63,630 nucleotides of DNA, filler included, from Octopus bimaculoides (GCF_001194135.2; 6 parts of 6 records of this genome joined end to end with filler, not necessarily neighbours in it); one strand, 5' to 3'; shown: positions 1 to 11,760, numbered from the whole stretch's first letter. Translations and numbers: made by a program. Notes: generated from the sequence alone by a model not told the origin.

Positions 1-2
1 CA

Positions 3-530
3 CTTATTAGGGAACTTTTGTATGCTGACGATTGCGATCTGGTTAGTCATTCTGAATCGGGTCTGCAATCCCTTGTATCTGCATTTGATGCAGCTTGTGA
101 TAATTTTGGCCTGACCATCAATCTGAAAAAAAACGGTTGTAATGTATCAACCTGCGTATGGTGCTGTTTGTAACCCCCCTAAAATTTTTGTTAAGGGAAA
201 GTTACTTGAGGTTGTCAATTCATTTGTCTACCTGGGAAGCTCTGTTCAAGATGATGGAAATCTTGATACGGAAATACACCTGCGAATTCAAAGGGCAGCA
301 AAAGCATTTGGTGGCTTGGAGTCACGCGTCTGGNNNNNNNNNNGATGATGGAAATCTTGATACGGAAATACACCTGCGAATTCAAAGGGCAGCAAAAGCA
401 TTTGGTGGCTTGGAGTCACGCGTCTGGCGCCAGCGACATATAAATAACAATACAAAGCTGGCTCTTTACAAATCATTTGTCTTAACATCCCTATTGTATT
501 CCTGTGAAACTTGGACCTGTTATGAAAGGC
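3..530 (+). mobile_element. RTE (BovB-like) LINE reverse-transcriptase fragment, little diverged
   Basis: From base 3 it reads LIRELLYADDCDLVSHSESGLQSLVSAFDAACDNFGLTINLKK, then a frameshift in an A-run, then TVVMYQP...FVYLGS...KAFGGL...LLYSCETWT. These are the YADD catalytic motif and RTE thumb motifs. Confidence 0.92.
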
Positions 531-1620
531 ATTTTAACATGCATACATACATACATACATACATAAATTTTTATGCAAAGAATATGCATGAGATAAAAAA
601 AAGAGCCTTGACCTACTTACAGCATTCCCAAAGGATGTTAGGTTGGAATTTAGTCAGGGTAAATGAAGGAGTCTTGGATTTAGGTTAGAAACCGGTTCTT
701 TCGCTATTGGCAAAAAATCATGAAATAAACTGAATAATGACATACATACATGTAAACATACATACATGCTTTCATACATATTAACACGCACGCTTACATA
801 CATCAATGCAATCATTTCCTCACGCTTATACCTTATCGTAGACTCATTTCGTAATCTAACTTTAAACAATAACATGTGACTTTCATGCATTTCATAAAAA
901 AAAAACAATAATAACCTATGATGAAATCCTAGAAAGGAAGTGAATACGTGTGTATGTGAATGTACATACGAAAAAGACTATATTGAATAGTATGTGAGTG
1001 TATGTGTTCGTGTGTGTGCGCGCGCTCGTGTTTCTGTTAGAGAATACATTTATGTAAATAGACAAGAGTGGAGAGGCGGAGAGCGTAGAAAGACAGACAG
1101 TGCGATGTTTCAACAAGTTTAACAGAAGATTAATACATGCTGTTGAAAGGTATCTATTTCCTCTAGAAATGTCCCCAACAACAAGAGAATTGTAGGACGT
1201 GTTGCTGGTTAGTCAACTGAACAAACCATTACAATTGTCAACTTAGAATTGCTTTGTGGCAGCACATACAGACCTTTAACATCATACAACCACTGTGAAT
1301 TGTCTTTTCAATTTCTATTTGTTGGTATATCAATCTTCACATTATAGTAACCAGTGGATACCTGTGGAATAAACGTTCAGCTTTACATGTAATAGTTAAA
1401 GACAAAACGGTATTTTAAAGGATTGATTTAATAAAACATACGTTTCTTTTTTACATTTCTGTCTTTCAATTTCTTTCTCTTTCCCCTACCCTCTCTTTCT
1501 CCCCTCTCTCTCTCTCTCTCTCTCTCTCTNNNNNNNNNNNNNNNNNNNNNNNNNNNNNNNNNNNNNNNNNNNNNNCTCCCCCCCTCTCTCTCTCTCTCTC
1601 ACACTTTCTCTGTATCTATT

Positions 1621-1919
1621 GAAGGCGCGTGGTTTAATGGTTAAGGTATTCGGCTCACGACCGTATGAATTCGATTCCTGATGGAGCGTTATCTCCTTGA
1701 GTAAGGCACTTTATTTTATGTTGCTCCACTCGATTCAGCTGCCAAAAATTCAAAGGATCAGCCTTGTCACATTCCGTGTCACTCTGAACCTTCCAGAGAA
1801 CTACGTCAGGGCACGCGTGTCTGTAGAGTACTCAGCCACTTGCACGTTAATTTCACAACCAGGCTGTTCTGTTGATCGGATCAACTGGAACACTCGTCGT
1901 TGTAAGCGGCGGAGTGCCA
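1621..1919 (+). mobile_element. tRNA-derived SINE, family C (gaaggcgc head; ...cggagtgcca tail)
   Basis: A-box-like tggtttaatggtt and B-box-like attcgattcc. Body shared with 21270-21678 and 57804-57934. Confidence 0.8.
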
Positions 1920-1982
1920 GTCTTTGTGTGCATGTCACCATTCACTCACTCACTCCTCCCTCTCTCAATCCCCTCTCTCAAT

Positions 1983-2020
<38 letters not shown>

Positions 2021-2071
2021 NNNNNNNNNNNNNNNNNNNNNNNNNNNNNNNNNNNNNNNNNNNNNNNNNNN

Positions 2072-2120
<49 letters not shown>

Positions 2121-2157
2121 ATATATATATTCCACTTTGTGTATACACCTTATGTAT

Positions 2158-2298
2158 GCATTTCGTGCGTCTTCACGTTTTTAGTTCAAATTCCGCCAAG
2201 GTCAACTTTCGGAGTTGCTAAAAATAAGCACGGGGATCGTTGTAATCGACTTAGATCCTCCCCACGAAATTGCTGGCCTTGTGCCAAAGTTTGAAACC
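2158..2298 (+). mobile_element. SINE family A (Meta-domain-like), partial
   Basis: agttcaaattccgcc B-box and ...ggccttgtgccaaagtttgaaacc tail, shared with many copies in the window. Confidence 0.75.
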
Positions 2299-2330
2299 AT
2301 TATTATTACTATTGTTTTTGTTTTTCACAG

Positions 2331-2425
2331 ATTGTCCATCAGGATGGGAAACATATATAAATAATTGTTATAAATATGTTAGATATCCGAAAAAAAATTT
2401 TCGTGAAGCGAGCCTAGCTTGTAAG
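2331..2425 (+). CDS. Cont: Contactin-like gene, C-type lectin domain exon A: (D)CPSGWETYINNCYKYVRYPKKNFREASLACK
   Basis: Acceptor tttttcacag and donor AAG|gtaatg; phase 1 in, phase 0 out. CPxGW..C(Y)..A...C is the CTLD start. It resembles my recollection of the Drosophila Contactin CTLD (CP..W....CYRFIRSPKRNW.EA...C); no alignment was run. Confidence 0.85.
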
Positions 2426-2614
2426 GTAATGTATATTTTCTCAAAGATATCTTATGAACAAGCCATAAAACTATGGATTCCAGTTTATGGATTCCGTATG
2501 TGTGTACGTCTGAATATGAATGAATGTGTTTGTGTGGACTTGTGTACGTGTGTGTGTGTGTGTGTGTGTTGGTGTCTTGGTACGAGTGTTTCATTGAAAA
2601 TACCGAATATACCA

Positions 2615-2690
2615 AAAATTTTCATCAAAAATTTTCATCAAAAATTTCATAAAAAATTTTGATCAAAAATTTTGACCAAAAATTTTCATT
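2615..2690. repeat. ~13-bp tandem repeat (CAAAAATTTT(C/G)AT)x6
   Basis: Directly visible. Confidence 0.8.
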
Positions 2691-2842
2691 ATTATTATTA
2701 TTATTATTATTGCTGTTGTTGTTGTTGTTAGTACTGATGCGTCTGTAATGCTTTTGTAGATATCACACCATTAATAAATTCGTGTAGATTCTCCTGAAAT
2801 GGGATCGTAGTGTATATTTACAGCTATGTATAGAGACACAGT

Positions 2843-3070
2843 TCAGTCAAGCATATTAAACAATGCAGTAGATACAGTAGCTTCCATAAACTGGTATCCA
2901 ACATCGGCAAGTAAATTCCATCTTGAAAGAGATCTAGGTGACAGTCGAAAGGGTAAGCCATTGGACATGGCTGAATAAGAATGACGCCACCTGGCTGGAG
3001 AAGTGATGATCCAGAAATGAACTTGAAGTCGAATTTTAGTCAGTCGAAACAGTAGGTGAGGTCTCACATC
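2843..3070 (-). mobile_element. Possible degraded LTR/DIRS-type reverse transcriptase remnant
   Basis: TKIRLQVHFW and GLPFRLSPRSLSR loosely resemble the KxDL..xF and LPFGL..PR motifs; heavily decayed. Confidence 0.3.
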
Positions 3071-3206
3071 AACGAGGGGGCCAGTGCGCTGTAAAACTAT
3101 CGAGACGAAGGCACTGAAATAATGCGCACTTTCTCCTGTTGACCCCTGAAACCTACTGACATTTAGTATGCCGAGTTTTCGATTGACTGCACTTGTACTA
3201 GTATGT

Positions 3207-3296
3207 TGTTTCCACGTCTCTATAATAACCTTTTTCCACGTCTCTATAATAAGCTTTTTCCACGTCTCTATAGCAAGTTGTTTCCACGTCTCTAAA
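3207..3296. repeat. ~24-bp tandem repeat with core TTTCCACGTCTCTA, x4
   Basis: Directly visible. Confidence 0.85.
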
Positions 3297-3665
3297 CCAT
3301 TACTTCTAAATTAATCCAAAATCTGGCCTTTATACACAAACCTAAGTGCTCCTAAAAAACTGCAGGAAATAGTAGCCAAACTTCGAATGAATTCATACTT
3401 TTTTTTTTAATATGGAAGGGATATATTAGGCAATATTTTGTTACATATAAACAGACAAGATTATCGTCGTTGGAGTGTTTTTAATCATAGGTCTACTCCA
3501 CCAGGCTTGAATCAAGGCAAGAACAAAAAAAAACATGTTAAGCTAGCTTATGTTTATGTTTATGTTTATGAAACCGAAGCCTACTTTTGAGGAGAAACCA
3601 AATGTACTGCTTACAACACAGTTTAAACCAAATATTTTCCTTAAAATTTGTGTGATTTTTTACAG

Positions 3666-3748
3666 CTTGATGGGGCAGCTTTAGTTAAGGTTGAAGACTT
3701 TGCTGAAAACGAATTTATAATAAGCAAGTTAAAACAATATTCTCGGAG
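3666..3748 (+). CDS. Cont: Contactin-like CTLD exon B: LDGAALVKVEDFAENEFIISKLKQYSR(S)
   Basis: Acceptor gatttttttacag and donor AG|gtacga; phase 0 in, phase 2 out. Joins exon A in frame. GAxLVxVxxxxENxFI is the CTLD helix-2 motif. Confidence 0.85.
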
Positions 3749-4359
3749 GTACGATTTTCTATTTTCATATTTTATTTTTGATATTGTTGTTGTTGTGGCT
3801 GATGAAATTGCTGCCTCTATTGTTGTTGTTGTTGATAAGCTTCAAATCAGCTTTAATCAGACTGACCAATAATCGAAGGAACTCAAACTGCGATCATCTC
3901 ATCTTTGTTTAAGGTATAATGTTTCTAGTAAACTTGGACTACATTATCCCAGACACAACTCACCGTTGAGGAAGATTTAACTGTTATTTCTAGTAAGTCC
4001 AACATGTTAAAATCTTATTACAGAGCATTTTCAGAGTGGTTAGCGAATATTGTTTGGTCTTTCTTCTTGCGTTCTAAGTTCAAATTCCGTCGTATCAACT
4101 TGGTTTGTCCTCATTTTGAGGTCGAGAAATAAACTACCAACTCAGGCAAGTGGAAAGACAAATTTGCGATATGTGATGAGATGTGTTACGGTACCTGTTC
4201 AAATCCCACGTTGTCACAATAGCACAACTCGTTATGAGAGCTGTAATAGATGGGGGGACGATTGCAGCTGTCTTCTACAGCAGCTGAACGATTGTTGTGA
4301 TGATATCATTATTTATAAAATGTAAACATAACCGATCTGTATGTATCCCTGTTCAAAAT

Positions 4360-4553
4360 AATCCTTTCTACTATAGACAGTAGGCCTGAAAGTGTTGGAG
4401 GAGGTTAGTTGATTGCATCGACCCCAGTGCTCAACTGGTACTTATTTTATAGACTCCGAAAGTCGGCCTCGGTGACATTTGAACTCTGAAAATAAAGACG
4501 GACGACATACCACTAAGCATTTTGTCCGGCGTACAAATGATTCAGCCATCTCG
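4360..4553 (-). mobile_element. SINE family A, diverged
   Basis: atcgaccccagtgctcaactggtacttat and tttgaactc...ctaagcattt motifs. Confidence 0.75.
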
Positions 4554-4773
4554 CAGTCATATCAACAGAAAATATAATGATGATAATCTCTTACGTTGGC
4601 ATAAAAGTTTATATTCACAGAGAAGTAATTAGTCGATTGAATTGAATCCCAAAGGTTTAACAGTTTATTGACCTTTAAAAATATAACCACAGAGTAAAAT
4701 CTTGAATAACGAAGCTGAACTAAAAGCTACGTTGTAACTAAAATTCAAAGAAAATGAGTTACATCATTAATAT

Positions 4774-5874
4774 TGATGCGACGACCGAAAATACAGTTGG
4801 CATTATATCTCTATCTCCCGGGCTGGGTTTTGAACCTGTACTCTGGTCAGTTGGGGAGAATGGTATTTCCTTTGTCTTGTCGGCAACCACAGCTGTTTAT
4901 AGCGTAGCTGCCCCTTTCCGGGCAGCGAAAGTTCAAAAACGGCAGGATAGGAATGTACCGACCGACCCATCTTGGCAGGGGGTAAAGTAGCACAATGAGC
5001 TATGGTATTAGGAGGACAGAAATTGGCGGCCAAGGAATTAGCAGAGAATTTGGCCAGTGGAGTTCTGGCAGCCAGCAGAGGCAGTTGGGTTGTAGCAGTC
5101 GTCCGAAGCAGTTGGGGGACAGCAGTTTGCCCGTGGAGATGAAACAGTTGTACAGAGATGAAGAAAGAAGAATTATAAGTCTGACAGAGAAAGTTATGGT
5201 CAGCAGAAACGCATAGAGTNNNNNNNNNNNNNNNNNNNNNNNNNNNNNNNNNNNNNNNNNNNNNNNNNNNNNNNNNNNNNNNNNNNNNNNNNNNNNNNNN
5301 NNNNNNNNNNNNNNNNNNNNNNNNNNNNNNNNNNNNNNNNNNNNNNNNNNNNNNNNNNNNNNNNNNNNNNNNNNNNNNNNNNNNNNNNNNNNNNNNNNNN
5401 NNNNNNNNNNNNNNNNNNNNNNNNNNNNNNNNNNNNNNNNNNNNNNNNNNNNNNNNNAAAGAAAGAAGCAGAAGAACTTTGTTGTCAAATGAAACTTGAG
5501 ACACGAACTTTGCGATGTAAAAATGATTGAAAAGCTTGTAATTGTTTGGAAACCTTGTCAACGTTATTGAACTGTCATGCCATGTATTGGAATTGTTATT
5601 ATGTAATGCTCTATTCTAATGTTTTAAATGTATTCTGTGATGTTATGTAAAGAAAAAGAAAAGGTTACCCAACGCATGGTCTTCGTGTTGTTTCTTCCTC
5701 CCCGTCCTATTTGCCTGTGTTGTTCTTCGTTACGTGCTCCGGCCGGGGCTTTATTATCGGTCAGGATTGTACCGACAGACGAATTTGCTAGCTCACTGAG
5801 TGTTGAACGTTCGCGCGTGCGCGAGTCCCCTCTTCGGTGTTAAGGAGGTGCTTCGCGTGCGGGCGTTCGTAACA
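4774..5874. mobile_element. Probable solo LTR (Gypsy-like) with an internal N gap
   Basis: Begins TG (tgatgcgac) and ends CA (cgtaaca), with ATAT on both sides (4770-4773, 5875-5878). More GC-rich than the flanks. Confidence 0.55.
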
Positions 5875-6839
5875 ATATATACGAACACGTGATAGAAACA
5901 ACAATGTAGAAGAAATCGGGAAATAGGCCCTTATTTGATTTTATGTCACTCTAACTAATAATCTCCTTTTTTTTGTCCTAGCTACTGTGACAATAATTAG
6001 TACATTGTTATTCTTTTAATTATATTATGAACTAGAGACAGTAGAGAACTAAACTGAATCCTTTACTCGATATATCAAATGAGTTCAAATTGTATCAGGG
6101 TTACCTTTTCCTTTTTTCATCCATGGTCAATAACGGGGTGTTGACTCACTTCTCAAGTGTTGACTCACTTCTAAAGAAACTACATTTCCATGAAGAGTGT
6201 CAAAAAAAATCATCCCAAACGGAGTTTATTTTTCATCGCGGTATCATTAACACCATCTAGAAGTCAGTGTTGTAATGATAAAGTAAGTGAAATAACCGAC
6301 CCTAGAATCGAACATGTGTCCCAGACACGGCTTTCCAGCAACTTACCACCACTAGGCTGTGTTAACAAACAAATAATATATTGAAATATTTTAAGTAATT
6401 GTTTCCTGTATACCAAAAATTGGCTTTGAACATTGTCACTAGTTGAATTTCCGGACTATAACTTCTTCATATCCCTTAAGTCGCTAATATCCGTGACACG
6501 TAATTGGATGTTATACAGACTTATTTTCCAACCACTCTAAAATCAATATTCACCATAACATTAATTTATGTATGATGAACATATGATCTTCGTTCATGTA
6601 CCCTCTCATTTATTCTGTATTTCGATAATATTCTATTCGTAAAATAAAATGTGAGTTTCGTTGACTCAGTAATTTCTAGGGTGAATAAAATAAAGTATTT
6701 TATGCCTAGTGTTATCGTACCTTGTGTCTATGCTAGAAAATATTGACTGATACAATCTTTCTTTAATTAGTCTTGAGTCTAATAAAAATATAAATCAATA
6801 AATAATTATATATATGCATGCATAAATGTTTGAACTTAG

Positions 6840-6991
6840 TTTGCAGTGGTACACAGATGCAACGGTCAACGATAATATAACAAATCTGTTTGTATGGCGG
6901 AGTTCTGGTAATCAAATAAAGAAAAATCACTTTTGGATCGATGAGACAGAAATGCGGCGAGAAGGTTCAAGTATCATCTATTCACAAAGGG
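6840..6991 (+). CDS. Cont: Contactin-like CTLD exon C: LQWYTDATVNDNITNLFVWRSSGNQIKKNHFWIDETEMRREGSSIIYSQR(G)
   Basis: Acceptor gaacttag and donor G|gtaaga; 152 nt, phase 2 in, phase 1 out. AG+T gives Ser in frame. Trp spacing (WY..FVW..FW) fits a CTLD core. Confidence 0.8.
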
Positions 6992-7302
6992 GTAAGATTA
7001 ATCTGTCTAAAGCAGTTAAGCACAAAATGTCATTCGCATAGTTTAACACTTACATACACACACACGTACATACATGTATGCACGCATACATACATACATA
7101 CATACATACATACATAATACTGTTTATCGAAGGCATGCAAATCTAGACTTCAATTCACTATCGGACTTTTCCGTGTAAAAATTTGTTCAATAGGCACTCT
7201 ACTAAAAGTATAGAGTAATATTTCAGTTTAATATATTTTAAAATATATTATGCATGTATACATATATATTTGTGGGTGTGAGCGTGTGGGGGTGGGGGTA
7301 AG

Positions 7303-7392
<90 letters not shown>

Positions 7393-7593
7393 GATTGTAT
7401 CGAACAGGAGAAAAAAAGCTTATTGGATGTTATCATGTTATAATGTTATAGAGTTTAATTATCGTTATAGTGTTGAACACCGGAAAGTTGCTTCTACATT
7501 CACTTCAAGAAGCAGAAAAAATTCAGTTTCTTTGTCACAGTTCGTCTGAAAATTCAGATATTAGGAAATACTATGTCATCCAGTAACATAGAG

Positions 7594-7810
7594 TATTCTT
7601 TTCTACTCTAGGCACAAGGCCTGAAATTTTCTGGGGTGGGGGCCGTCGATTAGATCGGCCCCAGTACCAGCTGGTACTTAATTTATCGACCCCGAAACGA
7701 TGAAAAGCAAAGTCGACCTCGGCGGAATTTGAACTTAGAACGTGAAGAAAGACGAAATACTGCTAAGCATTTCGCCCGGCGTGCTAACGTGTCTGCCAGC
7801 TCACCGCCTT
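7594..7810 (-). mobile_element. SINE family A, full length
   Basis: Reverse complement starts aaggcggtgagctggcag (A-box) and contains gttcaaattcc (B-box) and the tttcatcgtttcggggtcgataaa core. Confidence 0.88.
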
Positions 7811-7879
7811 AGTAACATAGAATATTGTTGACTGAGCTATCTTATACGCTAAAGGATCAAGCAGCAATAGACTTTGACG

Positions 7880-8480
7880 CAATAAACTTTGACTAATGAG
7901 TAAGTCTCTGACGCCGAAGCAACATGCAATATCTCTTAATCGGAATTCATATAGTTATTGTGAGATTGCCGCCATCAGGAGAGGCGAAAACAAGGAAGAC
8001 GCGTATCCCATAGAATCGTGTTCAAAACGTTAGCTGTAGGCTCTTATCATGTTGATCTTCAAAGTAATAGATCAATCAGGCTTGAGAGAGCAAAATTAAA
8101 TACTGCAAATAATTTGATCTTGGTTTAGTGTTGCAGCCATCTCTACCTCCATTTATCCGAGTCATCACCTATGTAGCTTCAGAGAATGCTCTATTGTTGT
8201 ATTAAAAGTCCCAAACGTATTAATGTAGTCGTAGATCAAAAATTGCTTTACAGTTATGGCCACAAGCCTTTGATTGTAAGTCTGCTCGAGCAGGTTTAAT
8301 TCGATGGTATACAAAAACAACACGATATCTGTTCGGCTCCCTAGATAATATACTGAGCTCAAGACCACAGAGTGAACGAGATTGGATAACATTCTGGCCC
8401 TTTTCAGCAACATGACTGGCATACATAAAGGAGACTGGATTTTACTTGTGATCTATACCAGAGTATGAAAGTGCTTTACA
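7880..8480 (-). mobile_element. Degraded RTE LINE 3' coding fragment
   Basis: LVAITVKQFLIYD resembles LFxATVESxLLYG, and ataagagcctacagcta resembles the IRxRRLxLAGH region; many stops and frameshifts. Confidence 0.5.
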
Positions 8481-8622
8481 AGATATCTATTTACTCCTTG
8501 CCCCCCAAATACAAACAATGTATTTTAAAGCTCTATTGCAAAGCCTCTGTTACATTTTGCTAAATAATTTTGTAAAAGTGAATGATCCTTCAATAATAAA
8601 TATTTTTACTCATTATTTCCAG

Positions 8623-8727
8623 GTAATATGATCGGTTGGTCAAGGTCACCAGATACGGCACAACTTTCTTACATCTGCAAAATATCCCGTGTGGAAGCAT
8701 TTCGGATTAAAAGAACCCGCGACTATG
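8623..8727 (+). CDS. Cont: Contactin-like CTLD exon D: (G)NMIGWSRSPDTAQLSYICKISRVEAFRIKRTRDY(G)
   Basis: Acceptor cattatttccag and donor G|gtaacc; 105 nt, phase 1 to phase 1. W...YICK closes the CTLD. The RDYG linker resembles the segment before Ig1 in protostome contactins (from memory). Confidence 0.8.
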
Positions 8728-8872
8728 GTAACCGTTCTGACAGCTAAATATCTAGTTGTCTATGAACCGAGACACATTTGCAAGCACATGTTCACGCATA
8801 TGCACACACATTCATACATAAACACATACAAACATATTCGCATGCATGCACACGCGTGCACACACATACATG

Positions 8873-8905
<33 letters not shown>

Positions 8906-9169
8906 NNNNNNNNNNNNNNNNNNNNNNNNNNNNNNNNNNNNNNNNNNNNNNNNNNNNNNNNNNNNNNNNNNNNNNNNNNNNNNNNNNNNNNNNNNNNNNN
9001 NNNNNNNNNNNNNNNNNNNNNNNNNNNNNNNATATAGATAGATACAAACACACACAAATAATATGTACACACACACACACACACACACACATAGAAGAAT
9101 GTGAAAAATTAAACCAAAAGCAGGGGTTGAACAATTAAAAATTTTGTCTTTATATAATCTTTTTGATTT

Positions 9170-10270
9170 CCGATACACTTCTTCCAGCGGTCCACAAGCT
9201 TGTTTATTCCATGGGAGAAGAAGGTTTTCGGCTGGTCACGCAGCCGTTTATGCACTGCTTTCTGCGTTAGTAGTAATCGACAACATCGTTAAAGGATGTT
9301 TGAGCGGTCTAGATATATTGTAGTCGGAAATGGGGGTGCGATCTGGACGGTACGCAGAGCGTTCCAGAAATTCGAAAGCTAATTTCTCAATGGTTGCAAC
9401 GGTGTGGCCTGCTATATGTGGGCGTGCATTGTAGTGCAACAGCAACATTTGCTCTGACAATAGACCACAGTCTTTGGTACGAATTGCTGTTTTGAGTTTG
9501 TTGGGTTAGGTTTAGCCTACACAGCCAACTGTAGCCGACTCTACACCTTCACAGCCGACTTTAGACCCCTTTCTCAGATAATGATCCAGTATTGGACTAT
9601 TTGCATCCCTGCAAAGAATATCTCTTTTCTGCGAAAGGTTGCGTTTCGAATTCCGTTCTCGCTGGCGATTCCGGGTGTTATCACCCCATACTCGGCTTTT
9701 AGATTCTGGTTCAAAGGGATGGTCCCAAATGTCATCTTCTGTGACTAATCTCTCCAAAAAGGCTTCGCCTTCATCGATATAGCGGTTGAGTATGTGTTGG
9801 CAGATCTCCACAGGATGGCGCTTATGTGTTTCGGTATGCTCTTTTCACGCCCGTCTCGCACAGACTTTACAGAAGCAAAGCTTGTCGTGGATGTTTTTGT
9901 ATGCAGAACCATGTCTGTGTTGCAGAGAACATGTCATTTCATCGCTGGTCACTCGTCACATCGCTAGAAGCATTCCTCAAGCTTGTCAAATCTTCATATC
10001 AGTGATGGGGGGATGATGGGACGCCAATCAGCCTCTTCGAGCTTCGTGCTTAACCGGCCACGTATACGCTTCTCGATCCATTCATACACACTATATGGTA
10101 GAACGTTGTGCTCATATTGTGCTGAAAGCTTGCGATAATGTTCACGCTTTAAAACCAGAGATATCGAATCACTGGTTTATGTTCTTCCTTGGCACATACT
10201 GCCAGCTGAGCGTGCATATGTACTTTGTAACAAGAAAGAAAACTGGAGTGATCAAGCTCAAAACTCGATT
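9170..10270 (-). pseudogene. Mariner (D,D34D) transposase pseudogene
   Basis: RLVTEDDIW...EPESK (from IVTGDETW), LLLHYNARPH (from HDNARPH, Asp lost) and YRPDRTPISDY (from YSPDLAPSDY); frameshifted. Confidence 0.88.
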
Positions 10271-10422
10271 AGATCACCACAGAAGTCCCATCTTTTAGCA
10301 CGCAAGCACTGAAGGCAATGCAGCGAACCTAAAGAGAGTTTTGGTGAAAGTGCGGATAAATTTTGACTTCCCCTTGTTNNNNNNNNNNNNNNNNNNNNNN
10401 NNNNNNNNNNNNNNNNNNNNNN

Positions 10423-10434
10423 TTAATTAATTAA
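10423..10434. other. Assembly linker TTAATTAATTAA inside a 100-nt gap (also 17762, 20892, 24835, 37312)
   Basis: The same 12-mer is centred between ~44-N runs five times. Confidence 0.95.
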
Positions 10435-10544
10435 NNNNNNNNNNNNNNNNNNNNNNNNNNNNNNNNNNNNNNNNNNNNTAACATAGCAAAGATGGTACGC
10501 ACGAATGACGGCCTCACTTTGAGCATGAACCTATAAAACTAAAA

Positions 10545-10810
10545 GAGAAAGGGCGTTTTGCTCTCATGTTTATTTTTTCTGCGGTTACCGTGTTTTTGTC
10601 TTCATAGGTTTTTCTTTCCATGGATAAACCGAATCAGTGTTATATTTTCTCTCCCATTTGGGAATTTCTGTTGTTAAAATGTTACCTTGTTATCTTTTTG
10701 TGTGAATGTCCCAAAACGTTTATCGATCCCTATTGATCGGTTTTGAAAAGAAAAATTCTACATTGTATTGTCCCCTCTGTGTTCGGCCCTGCGTGGTCTA
10801 ATAAAGAAAT
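10545..10810 (+). mobile_element. Penelope-like terminal remnant (tentative)
   Basis: gaatgtcccaaaacgtttat resembles a decayed GAAACGT terminal motif; ends with aataaagaaat. Confidence 0.35.
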
Positions 10811-10819
10811 CTATATCAG

Positions 10820-10990
10820 ACATATATAACTAGCTTTCATATAGTTTTCACCTGCCAAGTTCACTCTCAGGGCATTGGTCAACCATAGGCTAACATAGAA
10901 GACACTTCCCCAAGGTACTGAGCAGTGGAACTGAACCTGGTACCCAGTAGCTGCAAAGCGAACTTCTTAACCACACAGCTGTGCCCATGC
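10820..10990 (-). mobile_element. SINE family B, 5' part
   Basis: agaagacactt.cccaagg CORE-like block and a tRNA-like head on the minus strand. Confidence 0.75.
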
Positions 10991-11259
10991 CTATATGATA
11001 AAAGAAAAAGAAAAAAAAAAGGAAACATTTAATCATGAAAAATACACATCTTTCTCTTATTTACTGTTGTTGCTATTGGTTATTGTTGTACCCCAGGTGG
11101 GCTCCGATCAAGCAGACCAATGATTAAAGAAAGACATTCCAACCATGACCAACTTGCCTTTCGTTTGTCTAATCTAGGTCTGTATCATCCAATGTGTCCA
11201 TCCACATTTTTGATACGGTAGGGTGTGATGTAACTGCTATTATTAGTACATTGTGTATC

Positions 11260-11520
11260 ACTGGTGATGGTGGTGCTATAGCTTGATGGTTGTTGTTATT
11301 TTGTGAAATGTTGTTCTTACTGTTATGTATGTGGCAATGGCGGCAATAGTAGTAATAGTGGTTGTGGTAGTAGTAGTAGTAGTCGTAGTAGCAATGGCTA
11401 TTTTAGTAGTGGCAGTGTAGTAGTAGTTGTAGTGGTGGGAATGGAAATATTAGTAGCAGTGTTAGTATTAGTAGGGGTGGAGTGTTAGTAGTAGTAGTAG
11501 TAGTAGTAGTAGCAGCAGCT
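11260..11520 (+). repeat. Unclassified TAG-rich repeat; inverted homolog at 14440-14632
   Basis: Shared blocks tatgtggcaatggc, agcaatggctatttt, gtggcagtgtagtagt and ggaaatattagt. Confidence 0.7.
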
Positions 11521-11559
11521 GCAGCAGTAGTAGTAGTAGCAATCGTAATTATATGTATA

Positions 11560-11760
11560 TTCTTTTATTTGTTTCAGTCATGTGATTGTGACCATGCTGG
11601 GGCACCACCTTTTAGTCGAACAAATCGACCCCAGGACTTGTTATTTTTTTTTAAAGCTTGGTGTTTATTCTAATGGTCTCTTATGCCGAACTGCTAAGTT
11701 ATTGGGATGTAAACACACCAACACCAATTGTCAAGCAGTGATCGAGGAAGGACAAACACA
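11560..11760 (-). mobile_element. SINE family B, 3' part
   Basis: gtttcagtcatgtgattgtgaccatgctgg...atcgaccccaggactt. Confidence 0.8.

Noticed and set aside
250-427. 84-bp exact duplication in the RTE fragment
   Set aside because: The identical copies flank a 10-N gap, which is typical of unmerged contig overlap.
1621-1680. tRNA-like sequences at SINE heads
   Set aside because: They have A/B boxes only, run on into SINE bodies, and show no complete cloverleaf.
2270-2330. Signal-peptide-like MLALCQSLKPLLLLLFLFFT in frame with exon A
   Set aside because: It starts at TTG inside a SINE, and the Leu/Phe run is just the translated pyrimidine tract.
10379-10478. TTAATTAATTAA motif repeated five times in the window
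   Set aside because: It is always centred in a 100-nt gap, so it is an assembly linker, not biology.
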